A DNA stretch of 64,000 nt from Octopus vulgaris (taxonomy: Eukaryota), in NCBI GenBank assembly GCA_951406725.2, contig OX597814.1:5208001-5272000 (forward strand), given 5' to 3'. The notes below the pieces were generated by a model that did not search any database, had not been told where the DNA came from, and saw only the letters and a list, made by a program, of their open reading frames with translations. The translations under genes were made by a program, and so were the position numbers. Position 1 is the stretch's first letter. The number at the start of each line of letters is the position of its first letter. Of the stretch, positions 12,057 through 24,977 are shown piece by piece.

Positions 12057-14718
12057 TATCCAAGGATAATATTAGTTCCAACATACATCTTACACGTTCT
12101 GGGATGCATCATTAATAAGACCCTAGGGTTTTTAAGGGGTTTCAGGTCTTTCAACATCAGGCTCCCCCACCCTGAGTCATCGTGGATCAAGTCCTAGTAC
12201 GTGTGTGTGTGTGTGTGTAATTAGCTGCTTTCAGTTTCCCCCCTTTCAAATCCACTCACAAAACTCTGATCAGCCTGGGGCTATAGAGGAAGACATTTGA
12301 CAAAGGGGCCATGCAGTAGGACCTTAGGCAAGTGTTTATATTTCCGCTCCATGTTCGTAGCCTTTGATTAAGGCAAGAGAGAGATGATTAGGGGACTTTC
12401 ATGTGCCCTGCTTTCTTTCATCAGTGTGCCACTCTGTGCCACCCTAAAACATTGTGTCACCTTGGTTGAATTGTATTCATCAAAGAGGATAAATCATAGT
12501 GAGATTGATATCAAAGAGAAACATGTTTAATTCGTTATAATCACATTGCCTAGATGGGATGGTCATGACTGGATCATCTTTGATAACAGATCTACAGGGT
12601 CAGGGCTGAACTGAGAGTAAACAACAATAGTAGGAATAAGGAAGTTTACAATTTATGTGGAGAGGGAGAAAACTTTAATGTTTCCAATTATCATGGGTGA
12701 GGAGACAAGCCCATAGCTTGGACACTGCATATCATCATCATCATCATTATCATCATCATCATCATCATTTAACGTCCGTTTTCCATGCTGGCATGGGTTG
12801 GACAGTTTGACTGAGGACTGGCAAGCCAGATGGCTGCATCAGGCTCCAGTCTGATCTGGCAGAGTTTCTACAGCTGGATGCCCTTCCTAACACTAACCAT
12901 TCCAAGAGTGTAGTGGGTGCTTTTACGTGCCACTGGCACGAGGGCCAGTCATGCAATACTGGCGCCAGCCACGCTCAAATGGTGTTTTTTACATGCCACT
13001 TGCACAGGAGCCAGTCCAGCGGCACTGGCAACGCTGAGCTGGCAGAACCGTTAGCACACCGGGCGAAATGCGTAGCCGTATTTCGTCTGCAGTTACGCTC
13101 TGAGTTCAAATTCCGCCGAGGTCGACTTAGCCTTTCATCCTTTCGGGGTCGATTAAATAAGTACCAGTTACACACTGGAGTCGATATAATCAACTTAATC
13201 CGTTTGTCTGTCCTTGTTTGTCCCCTCTGTGTTTAGCCCCTTGTGGGTAGTAAAGAAATATATATTCTAATTGTAATTTTCAAGGAAATTTCAAAGGAAG
13301 CTGCCAACCACATGGACATGTGTTCCATCTTGCAACAGGCTTTGTGTTACAAAGACAAGGCACAAAACTCTGCCTCACTTCCCTCAACCTGGCTGACGAT
13401 GGGCTTCACTGTTAACTAATCCTTTCATTATCATATTTCTGCTGAAACATATAACCTTTGTTTCAATTAATTTCTTTAAAAATTAAGAATATGATACAAT
13501 AATTTTGTCATTATTAGGCTGGTGCTTGGAAAATTTAGATTGTTTTAGAACAAGATGTTTGAGTCCAAGAAGCAGGGGTGGTCTCAGGTGGGGTGCTATC
13601 AAAAGGGTTAATAAGGAACAGATTGGTTGGAATTACTAAATGACTGACAATAATGTTTCTCTGAAATACATATGTGTTGGTGTCAATTAGTAAGAATAGC
13701 TGCAGCTTTGTGGTAAGAAACTTACTTTCCAACTGCAAAGTTCTGGGTTCAGTCCCACTGCATGGTACCTTGGGCAAATGTCTTCAACTATAGCCTCTGT
13801 CCAACCAAATCCTTGTGAGTGGATTTGGTAGATGGAAACTGAAAGAAGCCCATTGTATGCATGCGTGTCCCCCTACATGGCCTTGCTTTTGCTTTTTGAG
13901 CCAAAAAATTAACTTAACTTATATGTTTGTCCCTCACCGCTCCTTCACAACTGGCGGTGGTGTGTTTATGTCTCCTAACTTAGCAGTTTAGCAAAAAGAA
14001 CTGACAAAATAGGTACCAGGCTTTAAAAAAATACTGGGGTCAGTTCATTCAACTAAAAACTCTTCAAGGCAGTGCCCCAGCGTGGCCGCAATCTAATGAC
14101 TGATACAAGTAAAAGATACAAGAATATAAAGGGGGAAAACATAGAAAGAACAACTGATGCCATGTGGTATGATGGAGAATTGAGGGACAGATGTTGAACA
14201 ACATTACTCATCAATCATCAGTCATCGAGATCCCTTAATGGATTCAACCAGTCATTGGGATTCCACTCTCGACACTTTCGTGGTCAGCTGTCACTGCGGG
14301 GCCTCTGTTCTCTGTCGTGCAGGGTCGCAGGGTGAGAGTGTCCAGTCCTTGATGTTCAGCATTTTCTCAGTCTGCCTCTCTTTCGTCCTTCCTCTGCCCT
14401 GAAGAAGGGTTCAGCACAGGAAGTTGTAGCAGGAGACGTGAGCGTACTGGGGCAAGCCCTCGTCTTTTTACCTGCGCAAGGAGCGGTTCCTGTCTGCCAG
14501 CCTTATTTACTCTTTACTCTTTTACTTGTTTCAGTCATTTGACTGCGGCCATGCTGGAGCACCGCCTTTACTCGAGCAAATCGACCCCGGGACTTATTCT
14601 TTGTAAGCCCAGCACTTATTCTATCGGTCTCTTTTTGCCGAACTGCTAAGTGACGGGAACGTAAACACACCAGCATCGGTTGTCAAGCAATGCTAGGGGG
14701 ACAAACACAGACACACAA

Positions 14719-14750
<32 letters not shown>

Positions 14751-15458
14751 ATATATACGACAGGCTTCTTCCAGTTTCCGTCTACCAAATCCACTCACAA
14801 GGCATTGGTCGGCCCGGGGCTATAGCAGAAGACACTTGCCCAAGGTGCCACGCAGTGGGACTGAACCCGGAACCATGTGGTTGGTTAGCAAGCTACTTAC
14901 CACCCAGCCACTCCTGGGCCTATTTGTTCACTTGCTGGCCATAACGGACACACAGATATATGATGTCACTGGATCAAACAGACTATCAGATGCTGGTATA
15001 CACCGCCAGTCACAATGCACTTCCTTGCATTGTTTCAGCTTTCCTAAGTGAGCAGACCAACGTTCAGCTTAAAAGGAAAAACCAGTTTGCCACAGGGGAG
15101 CTCCATTTACAGCCGAGCGGACTGGACCGACAGGAAACGAAATGTTTCACTTGAGAACACTGCACTGCCAGGCTAAGAATTGAGAACCACAATCTTGTGG
15201 TTTTCAGGAGTGCAGTACCCTTACCCCTAGGCTACATGCCACTACACACACACACACACACACACACACAAGTGTTCTTCTTAAATACACAGTAACTCCT
15301 GCCGGAATATTGATATTCAGACAATTTTCTTTGTAATGAAATTGTTTAAAACATTCTTAAATATTTTGATATTTTTAGTGTTAGCTCAGACCCACCACCA
15401 CCACCACCACCACCACCAATAGCTGAAAGGAGAGGCTTTTGGAAGGCAAACAACTCAC

Positions 15459-15552
15459 CTGAGGCTCCCCTCCATTATTCTCTTCAACCTCTTCCTCCGT
15501 TTCAATTCCAGAACAAACATTGATCAGTTGGTCAATGCATTCGGTGACAAAT
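15459..15552 (-). CDS. Exon L: (R)FVTECIDQLINVCSGIETEEEVEENNGGEPQ, end of talin R6-like helix plus acidic tail
   Basis: Acceptor (ttg)n-ttacag, donor CAG|GTGAGT. 94 nt, phase 2 to 0. FVTECIDQLINVCS matches talin AVTDSINQLITMCT. Confidence 0.85.
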
Positions 15553-16086
15553 CTGTAACAACAACAACAACAACAACAAGCAATGCTAAGGAGACAATCA
15601 CAGACACACAAACATATACACACACATACATATACATATATATACATATATACAACAGGCTTCTTTCAGTTTCTGTCAACCAAATGCACTCACAAGGCAT
15701 TGGTCGGCCCGGGGCTATAGCAGAAGGCACTTGCCCAAGATGCCACGCAGTGGGACTGAACCCGGAACCATGTGGTTGGTTAGCAAGCTACTTACCACTC
15801 AGCCACTCCTGCGCCAAATTTAAGAAAATTTGGACGAAATGATGTCAAATTTTGGGGGACACTATGTATATAGGTGTTAAATGGGCAGTATGAGCAATGC
15901 TGATTAGATCAACCCTAGTTTATAACTGGTACTTAGTATATTGACCCTGACAGGATGAAAGGTAAAGATGAACTTGGTGGAAACAGAATGCAAAACGTAA
16001 AGACAGATGGTATGCCACTAAGGTTTTTGGCCCCGAGCGCTAACGATTCTGCCAACTCACTGCCTGAATCATTGTCTTGTGATTGT

Positions 16087-16821
16087 TTAACCCTTTTGAT
16101 ACCAACCTGGCTGAAACCGGCTCTGGCTCTTTAGTACAAATGTCTTGTTTTCATAAGTTTTGAATTAAAATCTTCCACCAAACCTTAGTCACAATTTATG
16201 TTCCTAACACTAGCTTAATGATGACGAAGTTATTTTACTAAATTCTTTGTTATATCTAAAATTAATTGAAAGAAACACAGAGCATCTCAACAGAAATATG
16301 GTAACAAAAGGGTTAAAATATATAATAGAGTAACAATTCTTAGCCCTTTGATACCAACCTGGCTAAACCACCTCTGGCTTTGTAGTACAAATGTCTTGTT
16401 TTCATAAGTTTTGAATTAAAATCTTCCACCAAACCTTAGTCACAATTTATGTTCTTAACGCTAGCTGAATGATAATACTAAGTTATTTTACTAAATTCTT
16501 TGCTATATATAAAATTAACTGAAAGAAACACAGAGCATCTCAACAGAAATATGGTAATAGAAGGGTTAAAATATATAATAGAGAAACAATTCTTAACCCT
16601 TTCATGACCAACCTGGCTGAAACTGACTCTGGCTCTGTAGTACAAATGTCTTGTTTTCATAAGTTTTGAATGAAAATCTTCCACCAAACCTTAGTCACAA
16701 TTTATGTTCCTAACACCAGCTTAATGATAACTAAGTTATTTTACTAAATTCCTTAATATATTTAAAATAATTGAAAGAAACCCAGAGCATCTCAAAAGAA
16801 ATTCGGTAACGAAAGGGTTAA
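16087..16821. mobile_element. Three tandem piggyBac-type MITEs, about 230 bp each
   Basis: Each unit reads TTAA-CCCTTT...AAAGGG-TTAA, with minor variants. Confidence 0.8.
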
Positions 16822-16887
16822 CATGTGACACATAACGAATTCCACCAAAAGAACAAAATTAACGGTAAAACCAAACTGAATTCCTAC

Positions 16888-17204
16888 CTTGCTGCACCTG
16901 AGAGTTTGTCCTTTGCACTGTGGTCAGTTTGGTCCGTGGAGACAGCATTGGCAACCAGAAGCAAACGGCTCGAGACATCAGAGATGCTGTCCAGTTTCTC
17001 CATAATTTGTGTCTTGGCAGTTAGGTCGGGTGTCATATCAGCAACAAGTCCTACGCTGCTAACAAATTCTTCATAAGCATTCTTGTACAAACCTGATGAT
17101 TCAATAAGGTAATCAGACGGTTGGCTGGAACAAGCAATAATCTTACTTGCTGCCATATCCAAGTTCTTTGCTGCTGAGCTCATCCGTCTCAAGGACGACG
17201 TTCG
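16888..17204 (-). CDS. Exon K: talin rod R6-like helices, RTSSLRRMSSAAKNLDMAAS...SSRLLLVANAVSTD...LSGAAR
   Basis: Acceptor tttacag (alternative in-frame acceptor gives start 17213), donor AG|GTAGGA. 317 nt, phase 0 to 2. Gapless similarity to talin-1 about residues 1240-1340 as I recall it. Confidence 0.85.
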
Positions 17205-17280
17205 CTGTAAATACTGAAGATTACACACACTTTATCAACACCTTCCATTCATTTCAACATTTAACAAAGCTCTTAAGTAA

Positions 17281-17615
17281 TGGTGGGTGGAAAGGGGTTG
17301 TGCTGGTGGGTGGTGGGGTTGATGGGTGGTGGGTGGCAAGGGGTTGTGCTGGTGGGTGGTGGGGTTGATGGGTGGTGGGTGGCAAGGGGTTGTGCTGGTG
17401 GGTGGCAAGGGATTGTGCTGGTGGGTGGTGGGGTTGATGGCTGGTGGGAGGGTCTGATTGTGGAGATTATTGGGGGTTGGTAGAAGTTGTGGCAGGTGGT
17501 GGGGGTTGGTGGAGTTGTTGTGGTGGTGAGGGTTGATGGTGGTGGGTGATGGATGTGGTGGGGGTTGGTTGTGGTGGGAATAGGGTGGAGGGTTGGTGGG
17601 GGTTGATGGGTGGTG
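17281..17615. repeat. G/T-rich minisatellite (46-bp unit) grading into low-complexity sequence
   Basis: TGGTGGGTGGCAAGGGGTTGTGCTGGTGGGTGGTGGGGTTGATGGG repeated about 3.5 times. Confidence 0.85.
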
Positions 17616-18181
17616 GTACCTATTTCAGCAGTCCTGGTCCATTCCATGGTGCAGCAAATCCATGTTTTAACCTCTTTCACTATTCCACCAATACACAAGG
17701 TGATTCAAAGATCCTTTAACATTGAAATGATATAAATTTCATTCCTTTCTTTCTCACAATTCTATTTCCATATATTTTTAATACTTTCTTCCCTATTTTA
17801 TCGGAATTCCAAGAAACACACAATTCCAAGAAACACACAATTCCAAGAAAAAGGGAACGGTTAATGTGGAATCTACAGCTCTTGTACTCTGACTAGAAAT
17901 TCTCATTTGCACCCAGCATCATAAATGCAATAGGATACGTATCTACAGATTTACACAAACACCTACAATTACCAGAATTAATATTAAGCCTTTAGTGTTT
18001 AAACTGACCATTTCCGGCCCAAATATTCTACATATTTTATATTCAAATGGGCGATACTAGCCTCTCACTCTTAACCTACATTGACATTGAAATCTCAGAG
18101 CTATAAGCTAATGCATGATTAATTAAAAACAATTTGAGTGAAAATTTATTACATTTAACAGAGTAGTCTGAAAATTAACAC

Positions 18182-20340
18182 TGCGACAGAACTGTTCCCA
18201 CGATGGGAACAGTTTTACATTTTTCAGATGCCTTTTAGCTAGGCCGAAATAATGTCTTCACCATTTGACCCTTTCTAACCTCTTCTACTTCACCAAAAGC
18301 TAGAATAGAGATAACAAGACCACCAACTAAATCTATTGTTCTCAATGATATATCTATCCTTCTGGATCTTTATATAAGCAAGCACATCCCAAGCAAAAAT
18401 CAGTTAGTCACAGTCATGACGACTCAACGGAGTTAGTCACTTGTCGACAGCTGAACGAGGCAGCTTGTGACAACTCAATTAGTTAAGGAAAGGACTGCTA
18501 GAATCATGATCACAAGGAATGTAGCTACTAAAGATAATGGTCAGCGAGAGAAATGAAGTTGACTGTCAGACAATATGGCCGGAGGGAAAAGAAAGACAAC
18601 TTCCCACACTCTCTCACTAGCTCTAATTCTGTTCTCTTACAACATCAGTCTATCTCTCTCTGTATTTACTACTAATCAATGAAGAGGACACAATCACAAA
18701 CTTTACTTCGCATGCTTTTGGATGTGTCAAAACCTGCCCATCGAGGCTAGGTATTGTAACGTAACGGTAAATAAATACTTTCTTAAAACTTCATGCATTG
18801 TCCATCTTTCACATCTTACAGTATGCTGTCATAACAACAAATAATTATTGTCACAACATCTCACTCCAACATCATCATAATGTTTACCAAACAACTTTTT
18901 ATCATTACAATTGTTGACTCCAACACCAATACCATATTGTTTACTAATCAATCTCTGCCATTACAATTGGTGACCCTCGAACGAGAGCATTGCAGCCTTC
19001 CTAAAAACCAGCCGTTACGAACTGGCAACCCCAATGTTGCACCATAACAAGCTACAAAAACTAAAAACTTTATCGTCACAACTTGGTGAACCCGTGGAAA
19101 GAGAATCACTACCTTCCGATGCTACATGCCGCTGCATTTTAACTGATTCGAACTAAAGAACTAGAGTATCAACAGTCGCTGAACCAAAGAAAAAGAATTC
19201 GTCACCACCAAGATGCACCCTCCATCGACCTACTGCAAAAAGCACTATATTGCGATGCAATCAATGATGCACTTCACAACAATGCAACACTGCTGACGCA
19301 CAATGTATTTGCCGACCATGAAAGCCTATAAGTGCAACATTTTCACAACTTCGTGCCCAGAAACTAACTGGAAGAAATTACGGAAGCCGGCACAAACAAC
19401 GTTTTCGGCACACTCACGCTTTTCGTCTCGTCCTGACGTACAAACCCTGCACTGTCTATGAAGTTTCGCTCGTACGTAAACTCTCACATAGACTTTCAAT
19501 AACTTTTTGTTTGCATGTACATCTTTTCACTTTCAGCTGTAGACTTTTAACAAAGGACACTATTTTCAGTTAAGTTTGTTATTTTCGCTTTTTTATTGTC
19601 GTTTGCACTGCACACTTTCATTTGTTTACGAGTCACACATTCTGCACATGGAAGCACTCCGTCGGTTACGACGACGAGGGTTCCGGTTGATCCGAATCAA
19701 CGGAACAGCCTGCTCGTGAAATTAACGTGTAAGTGGCTGAGCACTCCACAGACACACGTGTACCCTTAACGTAGTTCTCGGGGATATTCAGCGTGACACA
19801 GAGAGTGACAAGGCCGGCCCCTTGAAAAATACAGGTACAACAGAAACAGGAAGTAAGAGTGAGAGAAAGTTGTGGTGAAAGAGTACAGCAGGGATCACCA
19901 CCATCACTGCTGGAGCCTCATGGAACTTTTAGGTGTTTTCGCTCAATAAACATTCACAACGCCCGGTCTGGGAATCGAAACCGCGATCCTATGACCGCGA
20001 GTCCGCTGCCCTAACCACTGGGCCATTGCGCAATGCACATTCCGCGACGACTTGCTTCACTAAAACAGCTTAATTCCTGTGCATATCTTTTTGAATGTCC
20101 TTTATTATTATTCATATTTTGCATGCACTTTATTCCGTTCTCTTTGAAAATGTTTGTATTGTTGCATACACCTTTCCTCATAGCCTGGCCTTGCACACGC
20201 ATCTGCACACGTTCATATGCATACATGTTGACACAGTTACATTCATGCACCACGCATGCCTATCCCGCTTGTTTTCCATGCTCAATGCACCCTTGTAGAC
20301 ACAACTCAGAACTGAGAGAAACCTGCAGATTAGGGTCCAG
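18182..20340 (+). mobile_element. Putative degenerate LTR retroelement with PBS-like sites; boundaries uncertain
   Basis: AATAAA at about 18769, TTACA ends, and TGGTGACCC resembling a tRNA-Trp PBS at 18968. No gag/pol ORF and no confirmed TSD. Confidence 0.4.
19648..20031 (-). mobile_element. Full-length tRNA-headed SINE, same family as 50187-51080
   Basis: Head TGGCCCAGTGGTTAGGGCAGCGGACTCGC...TTCGATTCCC. 3' end ...CCGACGGAGTGCTTCCA. Confidence 0.85.
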
Positions 20341-22747
20341 ATAATCGTTTGTTCCTCTTATCATAGGGGCACCAAGCTATATAACAACAAATTTGTATAG
20401 AAACAATAAAACTACTTGGATTCCTCAACAAAGAAAAGAGCAGAGAGATTAGCATTTTCCAGATTCAATGGATTGGAGCAAAAGGTGAACAGTTATAAAA
20501 CAAGTCGGGGATTCTCCATTTGAGGTTCCGGAGTTGAATTCAAGCACACAACAACCACATATACAAATGGAATACATAGACCTACACACACATGCGCATT
20601 CATAGAAAAGACGAGAGACCCATTCTTACCCTAAGAATGAGTTAATATAACGGTAATCTTGGTGGCAGGTATACTTAGAAGGCGGCCAGCTGGCAGAATC
20701 GTTAGCACGCCGGGCGAAATGTGTAGCTGTATTTCGTCTGCCGTTACGTTCTGAGTTCAAATTTCACCGAGGTCGACTTTGCCTTTCATCCTTTCGGGGT
20801 CGATAAATTAAGTACCCGTTACGTACTGGGGTCGATGTAATCGACTTAATAACCTATGTCTGTCCTTGTTTGTCCCCTCTAAGTTTGGCCCCTTGTGGGT
20901 AATAAAGAAATAGGTATACTTAGTTCAGGTGTCCAGCATAGACTGGCTAAAGGAGTATGCAAAAGAAGTGAACCAGCTGTCCTGAAATCCCTGTGAAGTT
21001 TAATGAATGCAGTAAGGGAGACAGACAGACAGAGATGGCATGCATTAAGCTCAACTGTTTGCCAGTTTATATAAATGCTAAACAGACTTTTGAATCCTCC
21101 ACCACCACCGCCTTGTCCGAAACAACAATAAATCCTGTTTCATAAAAAAAAAGAAATGTATAGAATCAAAGTTAGTTTTACCATTGTCATTAATTAAACA
21201 TTTAATTTAATAACAATATATAAATGAATCCAGGCAGAGTGCAAGACTAATTAGAAAGTTCAATTATTATAGAAACATGTAAAAAAAAAAAAAAAAAAAA
21301 AAAAGGCAGCTCATTCAATGTTAGTAAAGTTAAAGTTAATTGTTATGGTTTATTGTTTTCAAAAGATTCCGGAAATCTTGCACAATGGAACAACATGCAG
21401 AACCCAGAAACACATGGAATAAGGGAAATAAATAATAAAAGAAATGGTTGGTTCTTTTATCTGGGAAATGGTTTAGTCTCAGACAAAATCTTTGTAAATA
21501 ATTCTGATGACAGGTGAATGGTAATAAACCAGAATTCAAGGTATGAAAGATAACCAAAGCAAAATTGTGGGAAAAGGAAAATTAAACTATATTAAACATA
21601 AAACTTTCAAAATAAGACATAAAAGTAAAAACAAAAAAAAACATTATGAAGTAAAAAGTCTGGAGGAAATCATCATCATCATCATCATCGTTGAAAATCT
21701 GTCTTCTTCCATTGTGGCATTGGTTGGATGATCTGACAGATCTGAAGACTACCTCATGCTGCAATACCTGCTTTGGCATCATTTCTATGGCTGGATGCCT
21801 TTCCTAATGCCTGCCACTTTACAGAATGGACTGGGTGTTCTTCTTCATGGCACCAGCACTAGTGGGGTCACCAGGTAATAAGCAGGACTAAGATCTCTTT
21901 TAACTGAGAGGGGCAACAGTAGAGAGTAAAGCTGCTTTATGGTATGAGATGAGGGGTTAAAGTGTGTGAAGAGGGGTTAGAACAGAACAGGGTTCTTGCT
22001 GTAGAGGAGGTGCATGGCTAGTGACATTGTAGAAGAGTGGGTGGGAATGTCTAGGAATTGTGCTGGAAAGAGAGATAAAAATAGGGGTGGTGAGGTGTCA
22101 GGTTGGACCCTTAAGGTATGAGGTAAATAGATACATGGTGGGTAGCGGTTGCAGGAGTGCATGGGAGGATGAGAGATAGGGAACGGGTGAGAAGATAAAT
22201 ATACTGAAGGACAAGTGTTGAAGGATGATAAGCAGGGAAGGTAAGGGAAAGGAGGTGACAACTGTAGAGACTGAGAAGAAGATAGAGGGGTGGATGAGGG
22301 GCAGTGGGTAACCAATGACACATATGAGTTGGGGGAGGAGTAGGAGATAAGTGACAGTGCAGAAAAAGGTGTGGGAGGGTGAGCAGCGGTAGAATTGTAA
22401 GAGTGATATGGTGGACAAGGGAAAGATGAGAGTCAGAGAGAGAGAGAGAGAGATAATGGTGATGATGATGTGAGGTTGAGGGTGATCAATGTAAAATGCA
22501 GGTGGAGATGATCATGGTTCGTTCCCATTAATCTTCCCCCCTCTTACTGTATAGCCATACTGTAATACTATTGCCATAATCTGGTTAGAGCCGGTTCTTG
22601 GCAGATAGAATGACTTTCATAATTATCATCAGGAACAATTAAGCTTATTAATAAATTCTCTTGAAAGTTGTAAAAAAAAAAAGAAGATATGAAATAAAAC
22701 AATAAAAGCTGAACAAAAGAGAAGAAGCAACCTCTTCTTGGACCAAC

Positions 22748-23112
22748 CTCTTCTTGATCGACTTTTATTGATGTCATATTGGTTGTTGTGGTGTTAAGCC
22801 TGGCACCAGTAACATCTGTTTTTGGTAAATTGGTAGAATTAGCAGGGGAATCCCAATCACTATCTTCATCACCACTGTCAGACTCTTTATTCAAAGACAT
22901 TTGGCACAAAAAATCTTTGGAATTATGCTGATTAGATTCACTTTTTGGTTGATTCGACTCATTTTTATGGTGGTTCGACTCATTCGTATCATAATTCGGT
23001 GGCGACGATAAACACGAAGAATCCCAATCATTCTTCGTAATCAAAGGTTTGTGAGAGATTAAATCCTCATTTTGTTTACAATCACCATTGCTTTCATCCT
23101 TCTCTCCAAAAT
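22748..23112 (-). CDS. Exon J: YFGEKDESNGDCKQNED...NDWDSS...DSDWDSPAN...KVDQEE
   Basis: Acceptor atttttatag, donor GAG|GTTGGT (weaker; a duplicated GAG|GTTGCT lies just downstream). 365 nt, phase 1 to 0. Confidence 0.8.
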
Positions 23113-23553
23113 CTATAAAAATATAAAGAAAAAGAGAATTCATGTCAGTTGAAACTTTGTTGAACGGTTCTATTGGTTATGGCACAGATTCTTTGCTCTT
23201 TTCCTTGCTTCAGTCATTTGACTGCAGCCATACTGGAGCACCACCTTTAATCGAACAAACCCACACCAGGATTTATTCTTTGTGAGCCCAGCACTTTGAG
23301 TCAATGGCTTTATATATAACACCATACTGCAAACATTTTCTCTTTTACTTGTTTCAGTCATTTGACTGCGGCCATGCTGGAGCACCGCCTTTAGTTGAGC
23401 AACTCGACCCCGAGACTTATTCTTTTGTAAGCCCAATACTTATTCTATCGGTCTCTTTTGCCGAACTGCTAAGTGACGGGGACATAAACACACCAGCATC
23501 GGTTGTCAAGCAATGCTAGGGGGACAAACACAGACACACAAACACACACACGC

Positions 23554-23586
<33 letters not shown>

Positions 23587-24977
23587 TACGACAGGCTTCT
23601 TTCAGTTTCCATCTACCAAATCCACTCACAAGGCTTTGGTCGGCCCGAGGCTATAGTAAAAGACACTTGCCCAAGGTGTCAGTCAAGCAGTGGGACTGAA
23701 CCCGGAACCATGTGGTTGGTAGGCAAGCTACTTACCACAGAGCCACTCCTGCGCCTGTAATCACATATAAATATCACCATGGTTTTCAAACTCATAAAAA
23801 GATAATACATACACATAAAAACAAAGAAGGTAAAAATATGTAATCGAATAAAATACAAATAGAACGGCTTATCAAAAAGTTTAATATAAACAACTAAAAA
23901 TTTGTAAACTACCAAAAAACTAACAGACAAAATATAAAATAAATATCCAATGACTAATTATCAAACAATTCATCATCATCACCATCGTTTAGCATCCGTT
24001 TTCCATGCTAGCACGGGTTGGACGGTTCGACCGGGGTCTGGGAAGCCAGGGGCTGCACCAGGCTCCAGTCTGATCTGGCAGAGTTTCTACAGCTGGATGC
24101 CCTTCCTAACGCCAACCACTCCACGAGTGTAGTGGGTGCTTTTTACGTGCCACCTGCACAGGTGCCAGGGGGGTCTGGCATCGGCCACGATCGGTTGGAG
24201 CTTTTAATGTGCCACCAGCACGGAAGCCAGCCAAGGCGGCGCGGCGCTGGCAACGGCAAGATATTTTTTTTAATATTTGAAAAAAGTCTTTTTACTCCCC
24301 TCACACAAGTACGTCCAAATAAACAGATTTCCACAGGTCAAATTGACACACATTTCAGGAGTTGACCACTGTGTTTCAATTGCACTAAGGTGCATCAGAG
24401 CGATGACCCTCTCATCAAGATGAACATAAAACAGGATAGACACACAGAGCAAAATTTCCACCAGAAGAATGCCTCCAGGGCCCTTTGCCCATTGAACTTG
24501 CTTCTATTAACAGATGCAACAATAGAGGCCAAAGATGGCATTACTGAGTAAGAGAATCTCATAGAAGACTTATTGCAAATGCTGTAGAATTTATGATTCT
24601 TTGGGAAGTTCTCCTTCAGAATCCGAAAAAACACTCAAATTGACTCGTATTTAATGTTTGTTCTGTAACCAATGCTTCTTTATCTTCGTCTCATTAATAT
24701 TTGAGCCCTTCTTTTGCAGTCCTATAAACCCTTTTGTTTTTGTGGATTTATTGTGTAAGTAAAATTGCATAATTTATTAACAGTGAAACAATTGTCTGGG
24801 GTTAATCTATATTTTTCTTATTTTTCATTTGTCCTGCTCGCTTACATTTCATAACGTGCTAAATTTTTCTCGAGAACAATTCTTAGTGGTTGAGTCCCTT
24901 TGCACATCTATTTTTAGCATAAGAGCGTACACATAGTGGATTCTCTCTCACATTTGTGTATAAATATATATGTATAT

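Noticed and set aside
16884-17228. Calling the whole gene talin
   Set aside because: Only an R6-like fragment is present. Neighbouring exons are not talin and the upstream exons are ankyrin repeats.
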